DNA of 64,000 nt from Sumerlaeia bacterium (GTDB lineage: Bacteria; Sumerlaeota; Sumerlaeia; SLMS01; JAHLLQ01). Below the pieces are notes generated by a model. The model was not told the origin of the DNA and made no database searches. It saw nothing but the letters and a program-made list of their open reading frames with translations. The first letter of the stretch is position 1. Each line of letters begins with the position of its first letter. Shown here in pieces: positions 1-9,281 of the stretch. A program made the translations under genes and the position numbers. Where the stretch lies: NCBI GenBank assembly GCA_040219255.1, contig JAVJSW010000008.1, positions 1-64,000 of the forward strand, read 5' to 3'.

Positions 1-130
1 CCCCTTCTCCCCGAGCGTCCAGAATCCGGCTCAGCAGAAGCGCGTTTTCCAGCGATGGCAGTTCCTCGTACGCCGCTCTGGCGTGGCTTTCGGCGTCGGA
101 AAGGCTGCTCTTGGGCTTGCCGATGCTCAT
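1..130 (-). CDS. partial hypothetical protein (helical/TPR-like) running off the window start
   Basis: ATG at 130 (minus strand) opens MSIGKPKSSLSDAESHARAAYEELPSLENALLLSRILDARGEG with no stop before the window edge; start uncertain. Confidence 0.3.
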   Translation of the reverse strand, partial: MSIGKPKSSLSDAESHARAAYEELPSLENALLLSRILDARGEG

Positions 131-144
131 GACTTTGGCGATTC

Positions 145-191
145 CGGGCTGCCGAGACTCGAACTCGGGACCCCCTGCTCCCAAAGCAGGC
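145..191 (-). pseudogene. 3' half of tRNA-Pro(TGG), att-like fragment
   Basis: Minus strand reads anticodon arm CCTGC-TTTGGGA-GCAGG, variable GGGTC, T-arm CCGAG-TTCGAGT-CTCGG and acceptor 3' strand CAGCCCG; no D-arm or 5' acceptor strand upstream. Confidence 0.8.
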
Positions 192-326
192 TTCTTGCGA
201 TTTTTTTGACCTTTGACATTTCGAGACTTACGAGGCTGTCGGAATGCCGAAGTAGCAACTTTTCCCAGCGCACCTACGATGCAGGCAGGGGCGTTTGCTC
301 CGAATCGCTGAATTGTCAGTCAAGAT

Positions 327-3300
327 TCAAGGTTCGCCGACGATCATCCAGAACGCCGGCCGCCTCGCTTCTTCAGAGTCCGTGGCGTAGAAATCGGAGA
401 ATCCATTGATGCCTTCGATCGTGAAAGTTGTCCCAGCCACGGTCAGTTCTTCGCCTGCGCGAAAGGTGGATGTGCGGCGGCCTGTGGCTGTGGCGTATTT
501 GAGGACGCTGCGGACCGGGCCATCGAGATTTTCCGCGCCGGCGGGATCGTAGGACCAAGTGATGGTCGCTTCTCCGCCAGAGAAGCCGCCGGTAATTCGC
601 AAGGCTTCGTCGAGGAAGCGTTCGGGGTCATCGCCCGGTGGAAACACGTCGCCGACAAGGCGTTCCACAGTGATGGGACCATCCATCCCCGTTCCCGCCG
701 ACCAGACCAAGGTGACTGACGAGGAGGGGGACATCGGAAAGACCGTTGGCACTGTGGGATCAATGATGGCGAGGGTCAGTGGGCTGTTGGCAAAGTCGTT
801 GTATATGACAGGACCGGCGGCCTGCGAGGGAGGCGAGACATTGCCCGAGGCATCCTCGGCGATCAAACGGACTCGATAACTGCCGTCTTCGGCCGGCGTG
901 TACACAAAGGACCTCGCCACGAGATCGACGAGAGCGCCGGGGGCCGGGGTGAATGGGCCGCCATTGCGGCTGGACTCGAGACGGACTTCGGTGAGCGTAT
1001 TGAGTTCCGCAATGGCGAAGTTGCCGGACAAGGGTGATGCGACAACCGCCGTCGCATGCACTGAGATGGACTGAACGACCGGCGCCGCGGTGTCATACGT
1101 GAAGACGATGGGAGTCGAACCCATGGCCGGATTGTTGGGCGGGGCCACGGCGGTGACGCCCGCACTGGAAATCGTTACCGAAACTTCACCGTCGGCATCT
1201 GGCGAGATCACGATCTCATAGGTCGTATCACTCTGCGCCGTGATGGAACGCACAGAAGCGTTCTGAGTGGCGACAGCCGCCGCTGAAAAACCATGCACGG
1301 CTTCGCTGTAAGTTGCGCGCATAAGAACTTCGCTGGCGCTTGTTTCCGTCCCTTCAGAGACGACGGAACTATTGAGTGAAACTGTTGGGCTGGCGGAGTT
1401 CCTGGTTACCGTCCAAACTGCTTCGCTGGTGCTGTTGCCCGCCGCGTCGCTTAGCGCACCGGCCTCCAGCCGCAGGGAAAGGATGCCATCAGGCGGATCA
1501 GCGACCGCGAAGGAAGCTAACGCTCCCTCGACCTCGATACCGGTGGCTGGCGTCCCGTTGACCGTAAGGGCTCCCACGCTGACTTCGGCAAAGACTTCAT
1601 CGGTGCGAACTTTGACTTCTGACAATGCGCTGACAATGGCCCCATCCGCAGGCGTCCACTCAACGATGATGGGGCTAGTGGCGTCGATAATGACTTGAAG
1701 CGGTTGCGAAGGAGGGCTGGTGCCAAAGCCAGCAGCGGTGGCAATGGCTGTCAACTGGTGGGTACCTTCGGATAAGTCCCTTCCCGGTGTCGCGTTCCAT
1801 AGCCCAGACCCATCGGCATCCGCGCTGGCAATATCGCCGTCCCGGTCGCTTGTGATCGTGATTGTGCTGCTGGGATGCGCCTGACCGGTCAAGACGGGGC
1901 GGCGCAGACGAGTCAGGTTGTCGCTGTCGTCGATGCCGCTGTCGCTCTGCGCCGCCAAGTCGGGGCGCGATGGCGCATCGAGAACCGGTTGCTGAATTGT
2001 GGCGCTCAATGCGCGGTTGGTCTTATTCCCCGCGATGTCTTCCGCAAAGACCAGGAAGATGTAGTTTCCGGCAGGCAGTGCCTGGTTGACAGAAAGTCTA
2101 AAGTTTCCCTCGGTATCCGCGTAGGCGGAGTCGAAGGTCGTTTTCCCGACGGCGCTCAATCGCACGGCCGTTTCGGGCTCCACTGTTCCTTCGAATGAAG
2201 GCGTTGTATCCTGGGTGATATTGTCGCCTTGGGTGCCGGTGTCGCTGGCGGGGTCGAGACGATAAGAAAGGCCGGGCTTGACCTCTAGATCCACGACTAC
2301 GGTCAATTCAATGGGAACAGATTGATTTCCCGCTTCATCGGTCAAGTAAGCGCGGAAGAGCGTTTCGCCCGCCGGCAGAGGAGCGATAGAAAATGTTCTA
2401 AACAACACCGATCCTCCGAATGGCGCGAGGAGGTAGGTTGCAAGTTCGCCACGGTCAACGGCGTCAACTGTCAAAGGTAGCAGGCCGAGGCCTTTGGCTC
2501 TCAGCCAAGGAGCCGTTTCCATTGTAATGTTGTCGGTTCTGCTTCTACCTGTGTCGTGGTTTGAGTCGAGGATCAAGGAGGTTGGAGACGGAGGCGGCGT
2601 GCGATCCACGGTAATAGCTAAGCTAGGACCTGCATTGCCGTCGCCGAGGGTAGGTCCCCCCAAGGCTTTCCCGCTTTCGTCCACGATGCTGTTGTCGTCC
2701 TCCAGGAGAAGATTGATGGAGCCGTCGCCGGTGCCAGTGTCGATCTCGATGTTCCAAACTTTGCCCCCTCCAGAGACGGAAGAGACCACGGCATCGGAGA
2801 GGGTGCCGTCCGCGGCAATCTGGAAATCAGAAACCGACACACCGGAAACCGGCTCGGTGAAAGTTGCCTGAAAAACGACTGTATCCGCGTTGGTGGGATT
2901 GGGTCCCAAGGCCGGGGCGAGTTCTCGCACCAGGGGGGGCAGTGTGTCGGTCGCCGAACCGATCACAAGATACCCCACTTGGTCCACTGTCGCGGTGACT
3001 AGGCCCCGGTTGAGGTCGAGCGAGGCGGTGACTTGCTCCCAGGGTCCCTCCGGCGCATCGGCGCGGTAGAGCGTCAGTTCCCTCGCATCGGCGCGTCCCA
3101 GGTTCATCGCTCCGAAATCGAATGTCACCTCGACCTCCGTCCAGCCGGTCCGATCGGTCTCGAGCCGCCAAAGCCTTGGCGCTGGCTTGAGCGTCGGAGG
3201 AAGCCCGCTTACCAGGTCAAGAGAGCGCCACAGCGTTACCGACTCGTGACTGAGATTGTCACCGCCATCGTAGTCGAGGAAGATGCTGGAAGCTGGCGAA

Positions 3301-4922
3301 GAGATGAGGGCGTTGCCAGAGGCCAGACCTATACCACGGCGGGGAGCGTTTCCCGCCCGGACAAACGTTCGCCACGCCGCCGTCGCAGGCGGATTCGCGT
3401 CGCTGTGAAAGACCCATGCGTGGCCATAATCATGGGGACCGGCGACGTAGAAGTCGCTTAGCCCATCGCCGTTGGCATCCCCCATAGCGGCGACACCTTG
3501 ACCCAGAAACTGATCCACCCAGCCTGTGGGGCACCAGGGACAGAAGAGTTGACGGGCGCCCGGAATGTCGTCGGCTGAAGTGTCGAGCACGACCGGATCG
3601 CTGGTGGCTTTGCCAAAAACGATGGCCGTGTAGCCATCATCGTCGAAGGCCAGGGAATTGGCCACCAGCAGATCCATGGCGCCGTCGCCATTCCAGTCGC
3701 CCAATGGCGCAAGATGGGTCAGGCCATCCATTCGCCAGTCATCCAGAGAAACCGAAAAAATCGTGTTGGCGGAGACGCCGATATCGATGGTTTCCGAAAT
3801 CGCTGCTCGCCCGGGAACGAGAAGCCCATTCAAGGGGCCGAAAGGTTCGTCCGACGCCGCCACGACGAGATCCCCGTACCCATCCCCATTGACATCGCCA
3901 AGGCCGCTCGCACCCGACTCGATGCTCGCAATACTGCCTTGATACGTCCGCAGCGCAGTGCCCGTCAGGACAGAGACGCGCGGTCCCGGATTTCCCGAGA
4001 GCGTTAGCGGATCCGTGCCGATTCCGCCAAAAACAATGTCGATCCGGCTATCCACGCCCGTGCTGCTGAGAGATGAAATCAGCAGGTCGTCATAGCCATC
4101 GCCATTGAAGTCGCCCGCTGGCTTCACGTCCTGAAAATCGCGATCCAACGAATCAAACGAGATCTTCAAGGTTTGGGCGGTGGCACTGCCGACTTGAATA
4201 TTCGCCCGGTTCGATCGGCCAAGGACGACATAGACCCGGGCTGCAATGGTTTCAGTGGCATCTGTCACGACGGCCAAATCACCCAATCCATCTCCATTGA
4301 AGTCGCCAATGCCACAGATTCTGTGCGTGAAGCCTCCACCGTCCGCGGGCGACAGCAGACGCGTGGCCTCGCCCGCGGGATTGCCAAGGTCCACCGCTTG
4401 ATTGTCTCCCTTGCCATAGACGATCCAGGGACGAACCTCGTAGGGGTCGGGAGCGATGGCCTCTAGGAACGCGGCATCGGGAGACCCATCGCCATCGAAG
4501 TCTCCCAAACCCGCCAGTGCGGAGATGAGCGTATCGGCGGTTTCGGCCATTTGGATTTCCATTCCATTGGAACCCAGTTCACCCAGGTTGACGTTCGTTG
4601 GATCGGCTTTGCCGTAAATCACCGCAACGCGGTTCAATGGCCCCAATCCCACGATCACATCGTCGCGCCCGTCGCCATTCATGTCGCCCACGCCAGCGGC
4701 GGGCGCGCCGAGATCGTCCTCGTCCAAAGGCGCCAGGTCCCTGGGAATATTCACGACCCATCCGGGGTGCGTTATTCCCACGTCAAAGGTCGAAAGATTG
4801 GGCTCCGCGGCTGCGGGAGCGCAGAAGCTGACCAAAGTGGGAACGATGACGTTCGCGAGGACCAAAGGCCGAAGAGTGGGAAACCGAAAATAGCTCATGA
4901 CAATGGTGTTGCTGGACCTCAC
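327..4922 (-). CDS. large secreted/surface adhesin: FG-GAP (integrin-alpha-like) propeller plus Ig-like (Big) repeats
   Basis: 1531-aa ORF; signal peptide; repeated GDxNGDGxxD Ca-binding motifs; DSG..SDNIT....P Big_3-type repeats; C-terminus RPAFWMIVGEP; true start may be a downstream Met. Confidence 0.85.
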   Translation of the reverse strand: MRSSNTIVMSYFRFPTLRPLVLANVIVPTLVSFCAPAAAEPNLSTFDVGITHPGWVVNIPRDLAPLDEDDLGAPAAGVGDMNGDGRDDVIVGLGPLNRVAVIYGKADPTNVNLGELGSNGMEIQMAETADTLISALAGLGDFDGDGSPDAAFLEAIAPDPYEVRPWIVYGKGDNQAVDLGNPAGEATRLLSPADGGGFTHRICGIGDFNGDGLGDLAVVTDATETIAARVYVVLGRSNRANIQVGSATAQTLKISFDSLDRDFQDVKPAGDFNGDGYDDLLISSLSSTGVDSRIDIVFGGIGTDPLTLSGNPGPRVSVLTGTALRTYQGSIASIESGASGLGDVNGDGYGDLVVAASDEPFGPLNGLLVPGRAAISETIDIGVSANTIFSVSLDDWRMDGLTHLAPLGDWNGDGAMDLLVANSLAFDDDGYTAIVFGKATSDPVVLDTSADDIPGARQLFCPWCPTGWVDQFLGQGVAAMGDANGDGLSDFYVAGPHDYGHAWVFHSDANPPATAAWRTFVRAGNAPRRGIGLASGNALISSPASSIFLDYDGGDNLSHESVTLWRSLDLVSGLPPTLKPAPRLWRLETDRTGWTEVEVTFDFGAMNLGRADARELTLYRADAPEGPWEQVTASLDLNRGLVTATVDQVGYLVIGSATDTLPPLVRELAPALGPNPTNADTVVFQATFTEPVSGVSVSDFQIAADGTLSDAVVSSVSGGGKVWNIEIDTGTGDGSINLLLEDDNSIVDESGKALGGPTLGDGNAGPSLAITVDRTPPPSPTSLILDSNHDTGRSRTDNITMETAPWLRAKGLGLLPLTVDAVDRGELATYLLAPFGGSVLFRTFSIAPLPAGETLFRAYLTDEAGNQSVPIELTVVVDLEVKPGLSYRLDPASDTGTQGDNITQDTTPSFEGTVEPETAVRLSAVGKTTFDSAYADTEGNFRLSVNQALPAGNYIFLVFAEDIAGNKTNRALSATIQQPVLDAPSRPDLAAQSDSGIDDSDNLTRLRRPVLTGQAHPSSTITITSDRDGDIASADADGSGLWNATPGRDLSEGTHQLTAIATAAGFGTSPPSQPLQVIIDATSPIIVEWTPADGAIVSALSEVKVRTDEVFAEVSVGALTVNGTPATGIEVEGALASFAVADPPDGILSLRLEAGALSDAAGNSTSEAVWTVTRNSASPTVSLNSSVVSEGTETSASEVLMRATYSEAVHGFSAAAVATQNASVRSITAQSDTTYEIVISPDADGEVSVTISSAGVTAVAPPNNPAMGSTPIVFTYDTAAPVVQSISVHATAVVASPLSGNFAIAELNTLTEVRLESSRNGGPFTPAPGALVDLVARSFVYTPAEDGSYRVRLIAEDASGNVSPPSQAAGPVIYNDFANSPLTLAIIDPTVPTVFPMSPSSSVTLVWSAGTGMDGPITVERLVGDVFPPGDDPERFLDEALRITGGFSGGEATITWSYDPAGAENLDGPVRSVLKYATATGRRTSTFRAGEELTVAGTTFTIEGINGFSDFYATDSEEARRPAFWMIVGEP

Positions 4923-5243
4923 GTGATGCGGTTTTTATACGCGGACAAAAGAACTATCTACTCTAATCATACGTATATGCTTCCCAGCCGACAGGCGCAA
5001 TAAAATCCTATCCCACGACCACCAAGAATGGCCTGGCAACGACTCAGTCTCTCAAGCTGACGCCAGCATGGCACCTCTTTTTTTGTGTCTATCCTTGCTT
5101 GCTCTGCGCCCCATACAGCTCCACCCCCCCACCACCACGCACACCGGAAGGAGGACCGCAGAGAAAAACCCCAGCCCCCCCGCCGACTCGCCCCCCGAGG
5201 TTGGTCACACTTTTGAACTTGGGCGGGTCAAATGATGTGATCG

Positions 5244-6338
5244 TTGACAGAGGAGGAGCTGACCAAAGCCTTTTCTCTGCTGCGGCAGGATTTTCCCGGG
5301 GCCCACGTGCCAGAGAACGTGACGTGGCGCATTGCGCGATCTTCCAAGAAGGGCATCGAACTCGACGACATCCGTACGTCGGAGGACAACGAGGCGATAG
5401 CGGATTGGATGCTGAGTGAGGTGCGTGAGGCTTGCGGCGCTGACGATAAGTCAGAGGTGCACGCCTCGCTGGCCGGGGGGCGCAAGACGATGAGCTTTCT
5501 GCTGGGCGCCGCGATGCAGTTGTGCGCCCGCCCGCAGGATCGGCTCTATCACGTTCTGGTGCCACCGGAGTTCGAGGTTCGGGGCTTCTATTTTCCGCGA
5601 GCCTGTTCGTCGAAGGAGTCGCTCCTCGAAGTGCGTGGCGGGGGAACCATCGACGCCGCCAAGGCGACCGTCGACCTGGCCGAGGTGCCTTTCGTAAGAC
5701 TGGCTCCGCTGCTGACCGGCGAAGACCTCTCCGAGTTGAACTTTCGCGACCTGATGGCTCGTGCGAACGACGCATTGTCGGACGAATACGGCACCGTTTC
5801 TGTCATCGTACCCGAGCGCGGCAAGTCCGGCAAGGCGGTGGTACGGATTAGCCTGCCTGGCAATCATCAGGTGGACGTGTCGTTCGGCAGTGTGACGAGC
5901 AAGGAGTTCGTGGTTTATTCCTGGCTTCTCTCGCGCCAGCAAAGGGGCTTGCCGCCGCTGGTGCTGATGGACCGCGAGAAGTTCCGCGACCATTTGGACG
6001 ACCTGGTGCTTTGGTGCGAGCATCTCGGAGTGCGGGGCGACGAGTTGAAGCAGTACTCTGATCTGGCCAACGAGTTGGATCAGGCCCGCCGCGACGACCA
6101 ACGCGGCACGGAAGACAAGGATCACGTCGGCGAGTTCTTCCAGAAATCCTGGTACGACCCGCTGAAGGTTTTCCCCGCCCGCGTTCGCGATAGGCTGCAA
6201 AAGGCGTTCCGCGAACAGGCGCGCCAGTGCGGCCACGGCAAGTACACCATCGAAACAAAGGACGGTGATAGCAGAGTGGCTTCCTGGCACGTGACGATCC
6301 CACCCAAGAACATAATCCTACCGGGCGACTCTCGATGA
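5244..6338 (+). CDS. CRISPR-associated CARF protein, NE0113 family, N-terminus apparently missing
   Basis: DDIRTSEDNEAIAD and HASLAGGRKTMS...RPQDRLYHVLV are the NE0113 signature; the usual N-terminal strand/helix is absent and an in-frame TGA lies at 5238-5240. Confidence 0.85.
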   Translation: MTEEELTKAFSLLRQDFPGAHVPENVTWRIARSSKKGIELDDIRTSEDNEAIADWMLSEVREACGADDKSEVHASLAGGRKTMSFLLGAAMQLCARPQDRLYHVLVPPEFEVRGFYFPRACSSKESLLEVRGGGTIDAAKATVDLAEVPFVRLAPLLTGEDLSELNFRDLMARANDALSDEYGTVSVIVPERGKSGKAVVRISLPGNHQVDVSFGSVTSKEFVVYSWLLSRQQRGLPPLVLMDREKFRDHLDDLVLWCEHLGVRGDELKQYSDLANELDQARRDDQRGTEDKDHVGEFFQKSWYDPLKVFPARVRDRLQKAFREQARQCGHGKYTIETKDGDSRVASWHVTIPPKNIILPGDSR

Positions 6339-6384
6339 AGAGACTGGAAACCCTGCTTGTAGATCGCGATTTGGAGACCAAACC

Positions 6385-7596
6385 ATGACTGAAGAAACGC
6401 TCATCTGCATCCCCGGAAAACCCCGCACAAACGCCGGCGAGTACGAAACGGCCCGCTATTCAGCGGTCGGCCGCGGCGAGACGGCGGACGAGCGCGCAAC
6501 GCCACTGTTGGCCCTTGTCGAACTCTATCGCCCCGCGCACTTGGTTGTCCTCTGCACGCCCGAGGCACTGGAGGCTGTCGAATTGTACGAGCAATGGGCC
6601 GCCGAAGAGAATCTTGAACCAAGACCACAGGTGCACCCTGTCAGTATCGAGATCGGCGATGGCCCAGCAGCTATCCCCACCTTGTTGTCGACCATTGCGG
6701 CCGTCGAACCGCCGACGCCGGATGTGCATCTCGACCTGACCTTCGGGCCGCGCTCCGTGACCATCCTGGCGATGCTGTCCGCCCTGGTCCAGGCCGCGGC
6801 GGGGCGATGGTCGCTTCGTCGGCTCACCTACGTCAACTTCGAGGCCCGGCCGTCGCAGGCCCCGGACGCTCCCGTGCCCATCGAGGACCTGACGGCCTAC
6901 CTTGCACTCCCCGCGCTGGCCACCGCCGTCACGAACCTGCGCGAACGTGGCGATCTAGCGGGCTTTGCCGACGCTGCCGCACCCTTCTTCGATTCTGACC
7001 AAACGGGACTCCAGGAAGGAGACCTCGCCGTTGTCCGCGACGCCGTGGCTTTCCTGCGCATCCGCTCGCTGATCGATGGCAGCGCCAATGGCGCCCTCGG
7101 CCGCATCATCGGAGCCCTTCGCCGCCGCGAGGGTGCCAACCCCATGCTGGCGCCTCTGATGGCCGACGCCGAGGAAGTCCTTGCCGGACTGCGCCGCCCC
7201 AAAGGCGCAGAGTCCGCCTCGCCCCCACACTTCGCCGCCATCGTGCAATGGTATCGCCAACACAACCAACCCGACCGCGCGCTTCTGCTGGCCAGCGAGG
7301 CATTGACTATGCTGGTCTGCACCCGGCTCCTTGATTATGAATATCCGCAGAAGCTCGGCGGCGATTTCTGGAAGGCTCGCGACTACTACATCGCCGCGAG
7401 TTCCCAGGCCAGGGGTGACGCGACTCGCGAAACGCTTGCCGGTGAATGTTACAGCCTCTGGGAACATATGAGCAAAGTTCGCGGCGATTTCGCCCACGCC
7501 TCCCTCACGTCGAAACCCTCCCCACACAGCACCGTCAGCGAAGACCACGTTAACCCCCTTCTCGACCGATTCGGCGAACTCTGCGACCGGCTGTGA
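6385..7596 (+). CDS. csx1: Csx1/TM1812-like CARF-HEPN ribonuclease
   Basis: HLDLTFGPRS (DxTHG-like CARF motif) and C-terminal RGDFAH (HEPN R-X4-H); RBS GGAG upstream. Confidence 0.75.
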   Translation: MTEETLICIPGKPRTNAGEYETARYSAVGRGETADERATPLLALVELYRPAHLVVLCTPEALEAVELYEQWAAEENLEPRPQVHPVSIEIGDGPAAIPTLLSTIAAVEPPTPDVHLDLTFGPRSVTILAMLSALVQAAAGRWSLRRLTYVNFEARPSQAPDAPVPIEDLTAYLALPALATAVTNLRERGDLAGFADAAAPFFDSDQTGLQEGDLAVVRDAVAFLRIRSLIDGSANGALGRIIGALRRREGANPMLAPLMADAEEVLAGLRRPKGAESASPPHFAAIVQWYRQHNQPDRALLLASEALTMLVCTRLLDYEYPQKLGGDFWKARDYYIAASSQARGDATRETLAGECYSLWEHMSKVRGDFAHASLTSKPSPHSTVSEDHVNPLLDRFGELCDRL

Positions 7597-7681
7597 AGCC
7601 CCGCGCCGCGCAACGTTGCAGGTCCTTGAGTCAGGCTCCCCGGCGTTGCCAGTCCGCCGGCGTCTCCCATGCCCATAGCCC

Positions 7682-7849
7682 ATGGACGACCGCGCCATCT
7701 CCATGATTCGCGACGCCCTCATGGAACTCATGGACCTTGCCCAGGACAGCCTGCGCATCTACCGTGTCGAAGAATCGGCCATCGACCGCGCCGAGCACCT
7801 GGGCCGCCAGCCCGAGTACGAATTCATGGGCCAGACCTTGATCTTCTGA
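7682..7849 (+). pseudogene. cas2: 5'-truncated Cas2 (C-terminal half)
   Basis: Manual translation MDDRAISMIRDALMELMDLAQDSLRIYRVEESAIDRAEHLGRQPEYEFMGQTLIF matches the I-C-type Cas2 C-terminus (D..DSLRxY...EHxG...LI); in-frame TAG at 7676-7678; directly upstream of the leader. Confidence 0.75.
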
Positions 7850-8003
7850 TGGGGGGCCATGCCCACTCCAGCGGACCCCAAGAAAGCGCGCCATGCCCAC
7901 CCCATCCGCAGGATTCGTCAACCCCGGGAAAGACCAAAAAGGGAGGAGGTTGACGATTCTCACCCCGCATCCGAAGCTCTACCAAGGGTTTCAAGGGGAT
8001 GCA
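7850..8003 (+). promoter_or_regulatory. CRISPR leader
   Basis: Non-coding 154 bp between the cas2 stop and the first repeat; repeats end in GTTGAAAC, which gives + orientation. Confidence 0.65.
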
Positions 8004-8124
8004 GTCACCACCCCTCCCCGGAGTGGTCACGTGTTGAAACCCTGAGTCTTCACGCCGTATGACGTGTCAACCGATTCGAGTCACGACCCCTCCCCGGAGT
8101 GGTCGAGTGGTCACGTGTTGAAAC

Positions 8125-8203
8125 GAGCAACATGCTTGGCCGAATCCTGATGGGAATTCGGGAAAATCTTCGGATATCTGACCCGAAAACCGTCAGGGGG
8201 TAG
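8125..8203 (+). pseudogene. 3' end of a NADAR-family (YbiA-like) gene, cut at repeat R2
   Basis: Frame from 8126 reads SNMLGRILMGIRENLRISDPKTVRG-stop; N-x-LG-x-x-LM-x-(I/V)R-x-x-L is the NADAR C-terminal motif. Confidence 0.6.
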
Positions 8204-8362
8204 CATCCCATGGGGTATCGAGCACCGTTGAATAATCAACAGAAACCTTGAACTTCTTCCGAAAAAATGGTCCATAGCGCAACACCATGAATCTCTTCTC
8301 ACAAGGTGCCCCCGCCTCCCACACGGCTAAATGCTGATGAGGCAAAGGCACCTTGGAGAACT

Positions 8363-8641
8363 CTACTCGCCGAATATCTTGTTCATGAATGCGTAGTACG
8401 CCCACGCGACATCGATCAGAATACCGGCTATGAAGGCAAGTATCGGCAGAACTGCGAAGAATGCTGGGACGTCCACCCCGTTCTTCGTATAGGTAACTCC
8501 TGCCTCACCAAAAGATCCGAAGAGCAAGACCACGGGGACAGCAAGCACAAGGGCGACCAGCGCCAACACGAACGGCAGCGCTACCATTCTGGCTATCAGG
8601 CCGGCAGTGGATAGGCGTTTGTCTCCATTGTTACCGTTCAT
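8363..8641 (-). CDS. small two-TM membrane protein (insert A)
   Basis: 92-aa ORF with two hydrophobic helices; AAGGGG RBS upstream on the minus strand. Confidence 0.6.
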   Translation of the reverse strand: MNGNNGDKRLSTAGLIARMVALPFVLALVALVLAVPVVLLFGSFGEAGVTYTKNGVDVPAFFAVLPILAFIAGILIDVAWAYYAFMNKIFGE

Positions 8642-8667
8642 CGCTTCGTCCCCTTAACCAAGAAAAT

Positions 8668-8685
8668 AGTCTCGACGTCGAGACT
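8668..8685. repeat. perfect 18-bp palindrome AGTCTCGACGTCGAGACT, copy 1
   Basis: Exact palindrome in the divergent intergenic gap; identical copy at 10000-10017; 1-mismatch copy at 11257-11274. Confidence 0.9.
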
Positions 8686-8819
8686 GTCTTCTCACTGCCG
8701 CGACATCATAAGTTTTCATGCAAGCGCGCACTCCAGCCAACAAGCTGACACTCCGGCTGATGTGCGCGCAAGCCGTTTTCACCACCATGGCTGAAACAAC
8801 AGCCACGAAAGGCACTACT

Positions 8820-9077
8820 ATGTCCACCAATACGACCGAGATCGTCAACACCAATCCCGCCGCCGACCACGAAGGGGGTGCATCTCCCGAGGACCGAAAG
8901 GTCTGCATTGACAAATACCTCGCGGCGGCTAAGGCTTTCCGGGCCAAGTACCAGAAGAAGGGCTTCTACTACGACGAGAAGTCCTCTGAGTGGATGAAGG
9001 CCACGAAACAGCAAAAGGCTGATAACCGTTTCGAGGGAAGTACATGTCAGAGCCAAAGCCCGGTGAGCGTAGCTTGA
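8820..9077 (+). CDS. small hypothetical protein (insert A)
   Basis: MSTNTTEIVN... preceded by GAAAGG RBS; lies within ORF 8718..9077. Confidence 0.55.
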   Translation: MSTNTTEIVNTNPAADHEGGASPEDRKVCIDKYLAAAKAFRAKYQKKGFYYDEKSSEWMKATKQQKADNRFEGSTCQSQSPVSVA

Positions 9078-9082
9078 CAGCC

Positions 9083-9259
9083 ATGGAAAAAGGCAAGCGG
9101 GGGACCATCCATGATGGACTCTCCTGGCCTGGGCTTTTCGCGGTGATCGGATACATCATCGTCAAGTGGTTCTTCTACGTCTTCCTACCAGCGGTGGTTT
9201 TCGCGATCATCGTCTTCATCCTCACGATCCTTGGCTTGTTCTTCGGCATCATAAGCTGA
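9083..9259 (+). CDS. small membrane protein (insert A)
   Basis: MEKGKRGTIHDGLSWPGLFAVIGY...; long hydrophobic C-terminus; followed by a terminator. Confidence 0.55.
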   Translation: MEKGKRGTIHDGLSWPGLFAVIGYIIVKWFFYVFLPAVVFAIIVFILTILGLFFGIIS

Positions 9260-9281
9260 CCTTCACCACTGTCGCCATTCA

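Noticed and set aside
8192-8234. GTCAG...GTTGAATA as a hidden degenerate repeat inside insert A
   Set aside because: Wrong length and spacing, no stem similarity, and it overlaps the NADAR tail.
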